This document shows, in pieces, positions 27,582 through 37,419 of a stretch of DNA of 37,677 nucleotides. Under the pieces are notes generated by a model. The model was not told the origin of the DNA. It saw only the letters and a list, made by a program, of their open reading frames with translations, and did not search any database. Each line of letters starts with the position of its first letter. The first letter of the stretch is position 1. The translations under genes and the position numbers were made by a program. Origin of the DNA: a virus. Taxonomy: Duplodnaviria; Heunggongvirae; Uroviricota; Caudoviricetes. The stretch is taken from the IMG/VR virus record IMGVR_UViG_2579778866_000003. One strand, given 5' to 3'.

Positions 27582-27599
27582 TGTGTGAATAACGGTACA
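27582..27599 (+). promoter_or_regulatory. Ogr-type late promoter element TGT-N12-ACA upstream of FI
   Basis: TGTGTGAATAACGGTACA about 80 bp upstream of the FI start; shares CGGTACA with the P/O site. Confidence 0.45.
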
Positions 27600-27675
27600 A
27601 CTGCGCTTAGCTGTTTGTCAGGCACAATCACTTCAACATAGGGCGAAGCCTAATCCAATCAGGAGGTTCGCCACT

Positions 27676-28848
27676 ATGGCTCAGGATTACCACCACGGGG
27701 TGCGCGTTGTTGAAGTCAACGAAGGCACCCGATCCATTACCACGGTGAGCACCGCCATCGTGGGTATGGTCTGCACGGGCGATGATGCCGATGCAAAAAT
27801 GTTTCCTCTTAATAAACCCGTGCTGATCACTGATGTGCTGACTGCCAGCGGTAAAGCGGGTGAGTCCGGCACGCTGGCCCGTTCGCTGGATGCCATCGCT
27901 GACCAGGCAAAACCCGTGACCGTTGTTGTGCGTGTGCCGCAGGGTGAAACGGAAGAAGAAACCACGACCAATATCATCGGCGCAGTGACTGCTGAAGGTA
28001 AAAAAACAGGCATGAAAGCTCTGTTATCTGCTCAGTCACAGCTCGGCGTTAAACCGCGCATTCTGGGTGTACCAGGTCACGACACCAAGGCGGTAGCTAC
28101 TGAGTTGCTGAGTGTGGCGCAAAGCCTGCGTGGGTTTGCTTACCTGTCAGCGTATGGCTGCAAGACTGTGCAGGAGGCAATCACTTACCGTGAAAACTTC
28201 AGCCAGCGCGAAGGGATGCTGATCTGGCCCGACTTTACTGGCTGGGACACGGTGCTGAATGCCGAAGCAACGGCATATGCCACCGCCCGTGCGCTTGGTC
28301 TGCGTGCCAAAATTGATGAGCAGACCGGGTGGCACAAAAGCCTGTCCAACGTGGGCGTGAACGGTGTCACCGGAATTTCTGCTGATGTGTTCTGGGATCT
28401 GCAGGACCCGGCAACCGATGCGGGACTGCTTAACCAGAACGACGTCACCACGCTTGTGCGCAAGGATGGTTTCCGCTTCTGGGGTTCCCGCTGTCTGAGC
28501 GATGATCCGCTTTTTGCCTTCGAAAACTACACCCGCACAGCGCAGGTACTGATGGACACAATGGCAGAAGCACATATGTGGGCGGTGGACAAACCGCTGA
28601 ACCCGTCGCTGGCCCGCGACATTATCGAAGGTATCCGCGCCAAAATGCGCAACCTGGTCAGTCAGGGCTATCTCATTGGTGGTGATTGCTGGCTGGATGA
28701 GTCGGTGAACGACAAAGACACGCTGAAAGCCGGAAAACTCACCATCGACTATGACTACACGCCAGTGCCGCCACTTGAAAATCTGATGCTGCGCCAGCGC
28801 ATCACCGATCAGTACCTGGTGAATTTCGCCAGCCAGGTCAGCGCGTAA
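27676..28848 (+). CDS. FI: Tail sheath protein (P2 gpFI-like)
   Basis: 390 aa; AGGAGG Shine-Dalgarno. Confidence 0.9.
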   Translation: MAQDYHHGVRVVEVNEGTRSITTVSTAIVGMVCTGDDADAKMFPLNKPVLITDVLTASGKAGESGTLARSLDAIADQAKPVTVVVRVPQGETEEETTTNIIGAVTAEGKKTGMKALLSAQSQLGVKPRILGVPGHDTKAVATELLSVAQSLRGFAYLSAYGCKTVQEAITYRENFSQREGMLIWPDFTGWDTVLNAEATAYATARALGLRAKIDEQTGWHKSLSNVGVNGVTGISADVFWDLQDPATDAGLLNQNDVTTLVRKDGFRFWGSRCLSDDPLFAFENYTRTAQVLMDTMAEAHMWAVDKPLNPSLARDIIEGIRAKMRNLVSQGYLIGGDCWLDESVNDKDTLKAGKLTIDYDYTPVPPLENLMLRQRITDQYLVNFASQVSA

Positions 28849-28857
28849 GGGGACAAC

Positions 28858-29373
28858 ATGGCTTTACCACGCAAATTAAAACATCTGAACTTGTTTAACG
28901 ACGGGAACAACTGGCAGGGGATCGTTGAGTCGCTGACGCTGCCGAAATTCACCCGCAAATATGAGAAGTATCGCGGCGGCGGTATGCCGGGGGCGGTGGA
29001 TGTGGATTTGGGACTGGATGACAGTGCACTGGATACAGAATTTTCCATTGGTGGTACTGAGCTGCTGCTGTTTAAGCAGATGGGCAAAGCCACGGTGGAT
29101 GGTATCCAGTTGCGCTTTACCGGCTCTATCCAGCGTGATGATACCGGAGAAGTGCAGGCCGTGGAGCTTGTGGTGCGTGGGCGTCACAAAGAAGTGGATT
29201 CCGGCGAGTGGAAGACGGGCGAAAGCAACACCACCAAAGTGACCAGTACCAACAGCTACGCGAAGCTGACCATCAATGGTGAGGTGCTCTATGAAGTGGA
29301 CCTTATCAACATGGTGGAAATTGTGGACGGTGTGGACCTGATGGAAGCGCACCGCAACGCCCTCGGCCTCTGA
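28858..29373 (+). CDS. FII: Tail tube protein (P2 gpFII-like)
   Basis: 171 aa following the sheath gene. Confidence 0.9.
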   Translation: MALPRKLKHLNLFNDGNNWQGIVESLTLPKFTRKYEKYRGGGMPGAVDVDLGLDDSALDTEFSIGGTELLLFKQMGKATVDGIQLRFTGSIQRDDTGEVQAVELVVRGRHKEVDSGEWKTGESNTTKVTSTNSYAKLTINGEVLYEVDLINMVEIVDGVDLMEAHRNALGL

Positions 29374-29427
29374 TGTATCTGAACGGCGCGGAATGCCGCG
29401 CCAGAACCTAATTTACAGGACAACAAA

Positions 29428-29730
29428 ATGAGCGATAAACAGACTGAAAAGACCATTCAACTGGATACCCCCATCATGCGCGGTAAAACAGAAATTACCG
29501 AAATTGTGCTGCGTAAACCGCAGTCCGGTGCGCTGCGCGGTACACGCCTGCAGGCCATTATGGATATGGATGTAAACGCGATGATGACCGTGATCCCCCG
29601 CATCTCCAGTCCGGCACTGACTGCGCAGGAAATTGCAGAGATGGACCCGGCAGATCTCACTGCCATGTCGGTTGAGGTTGTCACTTTTTTGTTGAAGAAG
29701 TCGGTGCTTGCCGGTTTACCGACAGCCTGA
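29428..29730 (+). CDS. E: Tail assembly chaperone (P2 gpE-like)
   Basis: 100 aa; contains the T6G slippery site near its 3' end. Confidence 0.75.
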   Translation: MSDKQTEKTIQLDTPIMRGKTEITEIVLRKPQSGALRGTRLQAIMDMDVNAMMTVIPRISSPALTAQEIAEMDPADLTAMSVEVVTFLLKKSVLAGLPTA

Positions 29731-29864
29731 CGGTTGACGATCTGGTGGCTGATATCGCCACCATCTTTCACTGGCCGCCATCCGTTACTGACGTTATGCC
29801 GCTGACCGAAGTGCTGGAATGGCGGTATAAAGCGATTCAGAGAAGCGGGGCCAACGATGAGTGA
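29428..29864 (+). CDS. E+E' product via programmed -1 frameshift at TTTTTTG (29685-29691)
   Basis: From 29691 the -1 frame is open to the TGA at 29862-29864, extending about 58 codons past the slip site and overlapping the T start; same arrangement as P2 E/E'. Confidence 0.55.
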
Positions 29865-32800
29865 TAATAACCTGCGCCTGCAGGTCATTCTTAATGCGGT
29901 TGACAAACTCACCCGCCCATTCCGTGCTGCACAGGCCAGTTCGAAAGAGCTGGCTGGCGCAATCAGAAACTCCCGTGACGCATTAAAGCAACTCAATCAG
30001 GCGGGTAACAGCCTGGAAAAATTTCGCAAGCTGCAGGCCGATAACAAAAAGTTAGGCGACAGGCTGAACTATGCCAGACAGAAGGCAAATTTGCTTAGTT
30101 CTGAGCTGGAAGCGATGGAACAACCATCACAACGGCACCTTGTGGCTTTAGGTCGGCAAACGCTGGCAGTCCAACGCCTGGAAGAACAACAAAAATATTT
30201 GCAGAAGCAAACGGCGCTTGTGCGTGCAGAACTGTACCGGGCGGGAATTTCTGCGAAAGATGATGCGGGAGCAACTGCCCGTTTAGCCCGTGAAACATCA
30301 CGTTATAACCAGGAACTGTCGAAACAGGAGGCGCGGCTGAAGCGACTGGGGGAAGCTCAGCGCAGGATGAATGCAGCGCGTGCCAGTTATGCCCGTTCGC
30401 TGGAGGTGCGCGATCGCATCGCAGGAACCGGAGCCACCACCACGGCGGCAGGGCTGGCAATGGGGACGCCAGTGATGGCGGCAGTAAAAAGCTATACCAG
30501 CATGGAAGATGCCATGAAAGGTGTGGCAAAGCAGGTCAATGGTCTGCGTGACGATAATGGCAACCGCACTGCACGTTTTTATGAAATGCAGGATGCCATC
30601 AAAGCTGCCAGCGAACAGTTGCCGATGGAAAACGGTGCGGTGGACTTCGCTGCACTGGTTGAAGGTGGTGCGCGTATGAACGTTGCAAACCCTGACGACA
30701 GCTGGGAGGACCAGAAACGTGACCTGCTGGCCTTCGCCAGTACGGCGGCAAAGGCGGCAACAGCCTTTGAGCTGCCAGCGGATGAACTGTCAGAAAGTCT
30801 GGGGAAAATCGCCCAGCTCTACAAAATCCCTACCCGCAATATTGAACAGCTCGGTGATGCGCTGAACTATCTGGATGATAACGCCATGTCGAAAGGGGCA
30901 GACATCATTGATGTCATGCAACGCCTGGGCGGTGTGGCTGATCGTCTGGATTATCGTAAAGCGGCGGCGCTGGGTTCCACCTTCCTGACACTGGGCGCTG
31001 CGCCAGAGGTTGCAGCCAGTGCAGCAAACGCGATGGTGCGTGAATTGTCCATTGCCACCATGCAGAGCAAGAGTTTCTTTGAAGGGATGAATCTGCTGAA
31101 ACTCAATCCTGAAGTGATTGAAAAGCAGATGACGAAGGATGCGATGGGAACCATCCAGCGCGTGCTGGAGAAGGTGAACGCGCTGCCGCAGGATAAGCGC
31201 CTGTCTGCCATGACCATGTTGTTTGGTAAAGAGTTTGGCGATGACGCGGCGAAACTGGCAAACAACCTGCCGGAACTGCAGCGCCAGCTAAAACTGACAG
31301 CGGGCAATGATGCGCTCGGTTCCATGCAGAAAGAATCCGACATCAACAAAGACTCACTTTCTGCTCAGTGGTTGCTGGTCAAAACCGGAGCGCAGAACAC
31401 CTTCAGCAGCCTGGGCGAAACGCTGCGCCAGCCGCTGATGGATATTCTGTTCACGGTGAAAAGCGTCACGGGGGCGTTGCGTCGCTGGGTGGAAGCTAAC
31501 CCGGAACTGACGGGCACACTGATGAAAGCGGCGGCTGTTGTGGCTGCGGTTACCGTGGGCCTCGGCACCTTAGCGGTGGTGTTAGCTGCAGTGCTGGGGC
31601 CGCTGGCAGTGATCCGTCTGGGGTTCTCTGTGCTGGGTATCAAAACGTTACCTTCCGTTACGGCAGCAGTAACTCGAACCAGCAGCGCGTTGTCCTGGCT
31701 GGCTGGCGCACCACTGGCACTGCTGCGACGCGGGCTTGCTTCATCGGGCCACGCTGCGGGTTTACTTACTGCGCCGTTGTCGTCTTTGCGCCGCACGGCA
31801 TCACTGACGGGAAATGTCCTGAAAACTGTAGCAGGTGCGCCGGTTGCACTTTTGCGGTCTGGATTATCCGGTTTACGTGCTGTTGCTGTGATGTTTATGA
31901 ATCCTCTGGCGGTACTGCGTGGTGGACTGGCCGCCGCAGGCACGGTGCTGCGAGTACTGGCATCTGGTCCACTGGCGATGCTGCGCGTTGCCCTGTATGC
32001 CGTATCTGGTCTGTTAGGTGCTCTGCTCAGTCCGATAGGTCTTGTGGTTACTGCACTGGCGGGCGTGGCGCTGGTTGTCTGGAAATACTGGCAACCCATC
32101 ACCGCATTTCTTGGTGGCGTGGTGGAAGGATTCAAAGCGGCGGCAGGTCCCGTCAGTGCAGCATTCGAACCGCTTAAGCCCGTGTTCCAGTGGATTGGCG
32201 ACAAAGTACAGGCGCTGTGGGGCTGGTTTACTGATCTGCTGACGCCCGTTAAGTCAACCTCTGCCGAACTGCAGAGTGCAGCGGCAATGGGGCGGCGATT
32301 CGGGGAGGCACTGGCGGAAGGGCTGAATATGGTCATGCATCCGCTGGACTCCCTGAAATCCGGCGTTTCCTGGTTGCTGGAGAAACTCGGCGTTGTCAGT
32401 AAAGAGGCCGCAAAGGCGAAACTACCGGAAAGTGTGACGCGTCAGCAACCTGCGACGGTGAATACAAACGGTAAAGTGATGATGCCATCGGGTGGTTTTC
32501 CGTCATGGGGATATGGCATTGCGGGGATGTATGACAGCGGCGGCTATATCCCGCGCGGGCAGTTTGGCATCGTCGGTGAAAACGGGCCGGAAATTGTTAA
32601 CGGCCCGGCAAATGTGACCAGCCGGAGAAATACAGCTGCACTGGCTGCCGTTGTTGCCGGAATGATGGGCGTTGCTGCCGCGCCTGCAGAGCTTCCACCG
32701 TTGCATCCTTTGGCACTTCCCGCGAAAGGCGGCGAAGCGATGGTGAGTCGTGCAGCCACTGTGCCGCCCGTTTACAGGATTGAGGCACCGACGCAGATCA

Positions 32801-32934
32801 TCATTCAGATGCAGCCAGGACAAAGTGCGCAGGATATTGCGCGGGAGGTGGCACGCCAGCTTGATGAACGTGAACGCAGGCTGAAGGCAAAAGCCAGGAG
32901 TAACTACAGCGATCAGGGGGGATACGACGCATGA
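29857..32934 (+). CDS. T: Tail tape measure protein (P2 gpT-like)
   Basis: 1025 aa; coiled-coil N-terminal half, hydrophobic central repeats, position before U and D. Confidence 0.9.
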   Translation: MSDNNLRLQVILNAVDKLTRPFRAAQASSKELAGAIRNSRDALKQLNQAGNSLEKFRKLQADNKKLGDRLNYARQKANLLSSELEAMEQPSQRHLVALGRQTLAVQRLEEQQKYLQKQTALVRAELYRAGISAKDDAGATARLARETSRYNQELSKQEARLKRLGEAQRRMNAARASYARSLEVRDRIAGTGATTTAAGLAMGTPVMAAVKSYTSMEDAMKGVAKQVNGLRDDNGNRTARFYEMQDAIKAASEQLPMENGAVDFAALVEGGARMNVANPDDSWEDQKRDLLAFASTAAKAATAFELPADELSESLGKIAQLYKIPTRNIEQLGDALNYLDDNAMSKGADIIDVMQRLGGVADRLDYRKAAALGSTFLTLGAAPEVAASAANAMVRELSIATMQSKSFFEGMNLLKLNPEVIEKQMTKDAMGTIQRVLEKVNALPQDKRLSAMTMLFGKEFGDDAAKLANNLPELQRQLKLTAGNDALGSMQKESDINKDSLSAQWLLVKTGAQNTFSSLGETLRQPLMDILFTVKSVTGALRRWVEANPELTGTLMKAAAVVAAVTVGLGTLAVVLAAVLGPLAVIRLGFSVLGIKTLPSVTAAVTRTSSALSWLAGAPLALLRRGLASSGHAAGLLTAPLSSLRRTASLTGNVLKTVAGAPVALLRSGLSGLRAVAVMFMNPLAVLRGGLAAAGTVLRVLASGPLAMLRVALYAVSGLLGALLSPIGLVVTALAGVALVVWKYWQPITAFLGGVVEGFKAAAGPVSAAFEPLKPVFQWIGDKVQALWGWFTDLLTPVKSTSAELQSAAAMGRRFGEALAEGLNMVMHPLDSLKSGVSWLLEKLGVVSKEAAKAKLPESVTRQQPATVNTNGKVMMPSGGFPSWGYGIAGMYDSGGYIPRGQFGIVGENGPEIVNGPANVTSRRNTAALAAVVAGMMGVAAAPAELPPLHPLALPAKGGEAMVSRAATVPPVYRIEAPTQIIIQMQPGQSAQDIAREVARQLDERERRLKAKARSNYSDQGGYDA
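31700..32030 (+). repeat. Degenerate tandem repeats of about 63 bp (21 aa) inside the tape measure gene
   Basis: About five consecutive units of the type AGAPLALLRRGLASSGHAAGLL / TAPLSSLRRTASLTGNVLKTV / AGAPVALLRSGLSGLRAVAVMF. Confidence 0.5.
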
Positions 32935-33416
32935 TGATGGTGCTGGGATTGTACGTGTTTATGCTGCGCACCGTTCCGTATCAGGAACTGCAGTATCAAC
33001 GCAGTTGGCGACATGCGGCAAACAGCCGGGTAAACCGTCGTCCGTCCACGCAGTTTCTGGGACCGGACAACGACATGCTGACGCTTTCTGGTGTTCTTAT
33101 GCCGGAGATAACGGGCGGCAGGCTGTCGTTGCTGGCTCTGGAGCAGATGGCAGAACAGGGAAAAGCATGGCCCCTGATTGAAGGCAGCGGCACGATTTAC
33201 GGCATGTATGTGATTGAGGGACTGAATCTGACTAAAACGGAGTTTTTCCGCGACGGTATGCCGCGGCGGATTGAGTTCACCCTGTCGCTCAAACGGGTGG
33301 ATGAATCCCTGTCCGATATGTTCGGTGATCTCAGTACGCAACTGAATAATCTGCAGGACACGGCAACATCTGCCTTAAGTGATATCAGTAAAACGGTGGG
33401 AGGGCTGCTGTCGTGA
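32931..33416 (+). CDS. U: Tail protein (P2 gpU-like)
   Basis: 161 aa; overlapping start/stop with T and D. Confidence 0.8.
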   Translation: MMMVLGLYVFMLRTVPYQELQYQRSWRHAANSRVNRRPSTQFLGPDNDMLTLSGVLMPEITGGRLSLLALEQMAEQGKAWPLIEGSGTIYGMYVIEGLNLTKTEFFRDGMPRRIEFTLSLKRVDESLSDMFGDLSTQLNNLQDTATSALSDISKTVGGLLS

Positions 33417-34513
33417 ATTTCAGCTCTGAACTGCTTAACAAAGGCAACAAAACTCCCGCATTCAGCATCAGTATTGAGGGCAGGGATATCACCACTGTGC
33501 TGGATAACCGCCTGATGAGGCTGACGCTGACGGATAACCGGGGCTTTGAAGCGGACCAGCTTGATCTGGAGCTGGACGACGCCGATGGAAAAATAGCGCT
33601 GCCGCGCCGTGGTGCGGTCATTACGCTGGCGCTGGGCTGGAAGGGGCAGCCGCTTTTCCCGAAAGGGGCATTCACGGTGGACGAGATTGAACACACTGGC
33701 GCACCGGACCGCCTGACTATCCGGGCGCGAAGTGCTGATTTTCGTGAAACGCTGAATACCCGCCGTGAAAAGTCGTGGCACAAGACCACTGTCGGGGAAG
33801 TGGTCAAGGAAATAGCCGCGCGTCACAAGCTGAAGATGGCACTGGGTAATGACCTGTCGGATAAGCCCGTGGAACATATAGACCAGACTAATGAGAGTGA
33901 CGGCAGTTTTCTGATGCGGCTGGCGCGCCAGTACGGTGCTATCGCGTCAGTGAAAAATGGCAATCTGTTATTCATCCGACAGGGACAGGGTAAAAGTGCC
34001 AGCGGTAAACCACTGCCGGTGATCACTATCACACGTAAGGACGGCGACAGTCACCGCTTTACCCTGGCAGATCGCGGAGCTTACACGGGCGTAATTGCCA
34101 GCTGGTTGCATACTCGCGAACCCTCGAAGAAAGAAAGCACCACGGTGAAGCGTAAGCGCAGGACTAAGAAGCAGAAGAAAGAGCCGGAAGCGAAGCAGGG
34201 CGATTACCTGGTGGGTACGGATGAAAACGTGCTGGTACTTAATCGCACTTATGCCAACCGGAGCAACGCCGAACGAGCGGCGAAAATGCAGTGGGAACGC
34301 CTGCAACGCGGCGTTGCGTCATTCTCGCTACAACTGGCGGAAGGTCGGGCAGATCTCTACACGGAAATGCCAGTGAAAGTCAGTGGCTTTAAACAGCCGA
34401 TAGATGATGCGGAATGGACCATTACGACTCTGACGCATACCGTCAGCCCGGATAACGGTTTTACGACCAGTCTGGAGCTTGAAGTGAGGATTGATGATTT
34501 CGAAATGGAATGA
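33413..34513 (+). CDS. D: Tail protein / late control protein D (P2 gpD-like)
   Basis: 366 aa; last tail gene before ogr. Confidence 0.8.
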   Translation: MNFSSELLNKGNKTPAFSISIEGRDITTVLDNRLMRLTLTDNRGFEADQLDLELDDADGKIALPRRGAVITLALGWKGQPLFPKGAFTVDEIEHTGAPDRLTIRARSADFRETLNTRREKSWHKTTVGEVVKEIAARHKLKMALGNDLSDKPVEHIDQTNESDGSFLMRLARQYGAIASVKNGNLLFIRQGQGKSASGKPLPVITITRKDGDSHRFTLADRGAYTGVIASWLHTREPSKKESTTVKRKRRTKKQKKEPEAKQGDYLVGTDENVLVLNRTYANRSNAERAAKMQWERLQRGVASFSLQLAEGRADLYTEMPVKVSGFKQPIDDAEWTITTLTHTVSPDNGFTTSLELEVRIDDFEME

Positions 34514-34603
34514 TTCTTCGCAATGGAGAACTTTTAAGTTTGCAAAATGGAATAATGCGGTATCATTATTGTGAATTTAGCAAAAATGGGGAGAACTCGA
34601 AAA

Positions 34604-34822
34604 ATGATGATTTGCCCACTGTGTGGAAGTGCCGCCCATACTCGCAGCAGTTTTCAGGTATCTTCATTGACCAAAGAGCGTTACAACCAGTGCCAGAATA
34701 TTAACTGCAGCCATACTTTTGTTACCCATGAAACTTTTGTTCGTTCGATTGCAACGCCAAAAGAGTCAAATCCGGTTCAGCCGCATCCAATGAAATCAGG
34801 ACAGGTGGCGCTCTCTCTTTGA
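34604..34822 (+). CDS. ogr: Late gene transcription activator (Ogr/Delta zinc-finger family)
   Basis: 72 aa from MMICPLCGSAAHTRSS ... CQNINCSHTF (Cys4 zinc finger); the track ORF starts at an upstream GTG. Confidence 0.8.
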   Translation: MMICPLCGSAAHTRSSFQVSSLTKERYNQCQNINCSHTFVTHETFVRSIATPKESNPVQPHPMKSGQVALSL

Positions 34823-34892
34823 CGCTGCCGCCATTTTGTCGCCATCGTTAAAAAACAGTGCTTCTAACCTCATGATTTTAAATAGAATAAAT

Positions 34893-34935
34893 TTTAGGCA
34901 ACAAAAAACCCATCAACCTTGAACCGAAATGGCGG
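34893..34935 (-). terminator. Hairpin with minus-strand T-run, probable ybjL terminator
   Basis: CCCATCAACC (34899-34908) / GGTTGATGGG (34926-34935) preceded on the plus strand by AAAAAA; the loop is long at 17 nt. Confidence 0.4.
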
Positions 34936-35057
34936 GGTTGATGGGCTCCACAAAATGGGGACATCAAAGAAAAGCAGTGGCACTAATTAAGACTGATGCC
35001 CTGCGGAAAAGTTCTGCGGTTGTGCAAAAAAATTTCATTTTCAGGGCAACTTCAGTT

Positions 35058-36743
35058 TTATCCTAATCCTGGCCATACCATGACGATGATTGTCCCTGCC
35101 AGCGTCAGCAGGACGTTGGCGATTGCATAGGTGCCCGCATAGCCCAGCGCCGGGATGTTACTGCGAGCTGTATCACTGATGATCTCCATTGCCGGCGCGC
35201 AGGTGCGTGCGCCCATCATTGCGCCGAACAACAGTGCGCGGTTCATTCGCAATACATAAGCACCGAACAAGAAACAGATAACCACTGGCACAAGACTGAC
35301 AATCAATCCGGCAATCAACATCTGACCGCCAATCGCGCCCAGGCCGTTATTAATACCGCTACCGGCGCTCAGACCAACGCCTGCCATAAACACCATTAAG
35401 CCGAACTCTTTCACCATGCTTAATGCACCCTGCGGAATGTAACCGAAGGTCGGGTGGTTAGCGCGCATAAAGCCCAGCATAATTCCGGCGAATAACAACC
35501 CGGCAGCGTTCCCCATGCCGAAACTGAATGTGCTGAACTGGAAGGTGATCATCCCGATCATCAGCCCAATAACAAAGAAGGCGCAGAATGCCAGCAAGTC
35601 AGTGACCTGGCTGTGAATCGAGATAAAGCCGATGCGATCGGCGATGGTTTTTACGCGACGGGCATCGCCGCTGACTTGTAAAACGTCACCTTTGTTAAGC
35701 ACGACGTTGTCATCTATCGGCATCTCAATCTGGCTACGAATGACGCGGTTAAGGAAGCAACCGTGATCGGTCAACTTCAGTTGTGCGAGACGTTTGCCCA
35801 CGGCGTTATGGTTTTTAACGACCACTTCTTCAGTGACGATACGCATGTCGAGAAGGTCACGATCGAAAACTTCTTTGCCGTTACGGAAGCTGGGATCGAG
35901 TCGTGCGTGGGCGTCGGGATAGCCTACCAACGCTATTTCATCGCCCATTTGTAGCACAGCATCACCGTCTGGATTCGCCAGAATCCCGTTACGTCGAATA
36001 CGTTCAATGTAGCAGCCAGTTTGTCGATAAATACCCAGTTCACGCAGATTTTTGCCGTCGGTCCAGGCCACCAGCTCCGGGCCGACGCGGTAGGCGCGGA
36101 TCACCGGTAAATAAACCTTACGGTTGGCATCAGTGTCCAGGCCACGTTCGCGGGCGATTTGCTGGGCGCTGGTCTGTAAGTCCTGATGCTGCAATTTCGG
36201 CAAGTAACGCGCACCAACAATCAAACTCACCAGACCGATTAAATAGGTTAAGGCATACCCGAGGCTCAGATTATCCAGTGCCAGTGAGAGCTGCCTGCTT
36301 TCCATGCCGGAATGACGCAGTGTATCGCCAGCACCGACCAGAACCGGTGTCGACGTCATAGAGCCAGCTAACATACCGGCCGTCAGGCCAATATCCCAGC
36401 CAAACAGCTTACCTAACCCTAAGGCGATCACCAGCGCACTGCCAACCATCACCAGTGCTAACATTAGGTAATTTTTCCCATCGCGAAAAAAAATGGAAAA
36501 AAAGTTCGGTCCGGCTTCGACCCCGACGCAGAAAATAAACAGCATAAAGCCAAGATTAAGCGCGTCGGTGTTAATGCTGAAATGTTGTTGGCCTAATAAC
36601 AGCGATACGACTAAAACGCCAATGGAATTACCCAGTTGGATCGAACCAAGTCGTAATTTCCCGAGACATAGCCCAAGCGCGAGGACCACAAATAATAACA
36701 GAATGTAATTCCCATTTAACAATTCGGCGACGTTTATATTCAC
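35058..36743 (-). CDS. ybjL: Putative transport protein YbjL (host)
   Basis: 561-aa polytopic membrane protein matching E. coli YbjL in size and in the ybjL-ybjM-grxA neighbourhood. Confidence 0.9.
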
Positions 36744-37012
36744 GGAGGCTAACTTCTTGTTTACTAGTAAGCTGTTGAAAGAAATGGTAATTTACGATAA
36801 TGTTTTTTACCAGAATTCAGGGCGCAGATTCATTCAGCGCACCTAAAAGATAGTAAAGTAACAATATATTTTACTAGTGTAATCACATTAGGTATCAACG
36901 GCTATATGAATTGCGTTGGCCTATATTAGCATGGAATGCGAAGCGGCTTTATCTTACTGAACGCCACACTGGCGAAAAATGTGTTCGATAGACGCAGTGT
37001 CAGGAGGAACGA

Positions 37013-37390
37013 GTGAAACATAAACAACGTTGGGCGGGGGCAATCTGCTGTTTTGTCCTCTTCATTGTGGTGTGTCTTTTTCTGGCGACGCACATGAAAG
37101 GCGCTTTTCGGGCTGCCGGGCATCCTGAAATCGGTTTGCTATTTTTCATTCTTCCTGGTGCAGTTGCCAGCTTCTTTTCACATCGTAGAGAAGTCCTGAA
37201 ACCTCTGTTTGGCGCAATGCTGGCGGCACCCTGTTCGATGCTCATTATGCGGCTGTTTTTTTCACCGACGCGCTCATTCTGGCAAGAGTTGGCATGGTTA
37301 TTAAGTGCGGTGTTCTGGTGTGCGCTGGGGGCATTGTGTTTCTTATTTATCAGTAGTTTGTTTAAACCACAGCACAGAAAAAATCAATAA
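37013..37390 (+). CDS. ybjM: Inner membrane protein YbjM (host)
   Basis: 125-aa hydrophobic protein between ybjL and grxA. Confidence 0.8.
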   Translation: MKHKQRWAGAICCFVLFIVVCLFLATHMKGAFRAAGHPEIGLLFFILPGAVASFFSHRREVLKPLFGAMLAAPCSMLIMRLFFSPTRSFWQELAWLLSAVFWCALGALCFLFISSLFKPQHRKNQ

Positions 37391-37410
37391 AGCCCTCAAC
37401 GCGAGGGCTT
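37377..37410 (-). terminator. Rho-independent terminator of grxA
   Basis: AAGCCCTC / GAGGGCTT stem (37390-37397 / 37403-37410) with T-run on the minus strand. Confidence 0.55.
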
Positions 37411-37419
37411 GTCAGACGA

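Larger units (their letters stand above)
1..34890. mobile_element. P2/186-like prophage; left end (attL) lies outside the window, right end approximately 34823-34890
   Basis: Complete P2-type gene order and gene sizes (int-cI-apl-cII ... A ... cos ... Q P O N M L X lysis R S V W J I H G FI FII E T U D ogr), followed by host genes ybjL/ybjM/grxA. Confidence 0.8.

Noticed and set aside
31365-32336. 323-aa ORF on the minus strand
   Set aside because: Antisense to the tape measure gene; low-complexity Ala/Ser/Thr/Pro composition typical of reverse-frame translation of GC-rich repeats.
34510-34704. 64-aa ORF overlapping ogr
   Set aside because: Out-of-frame overlap with the start of the well-supported ogr gene; no Shine-Dalgarno.
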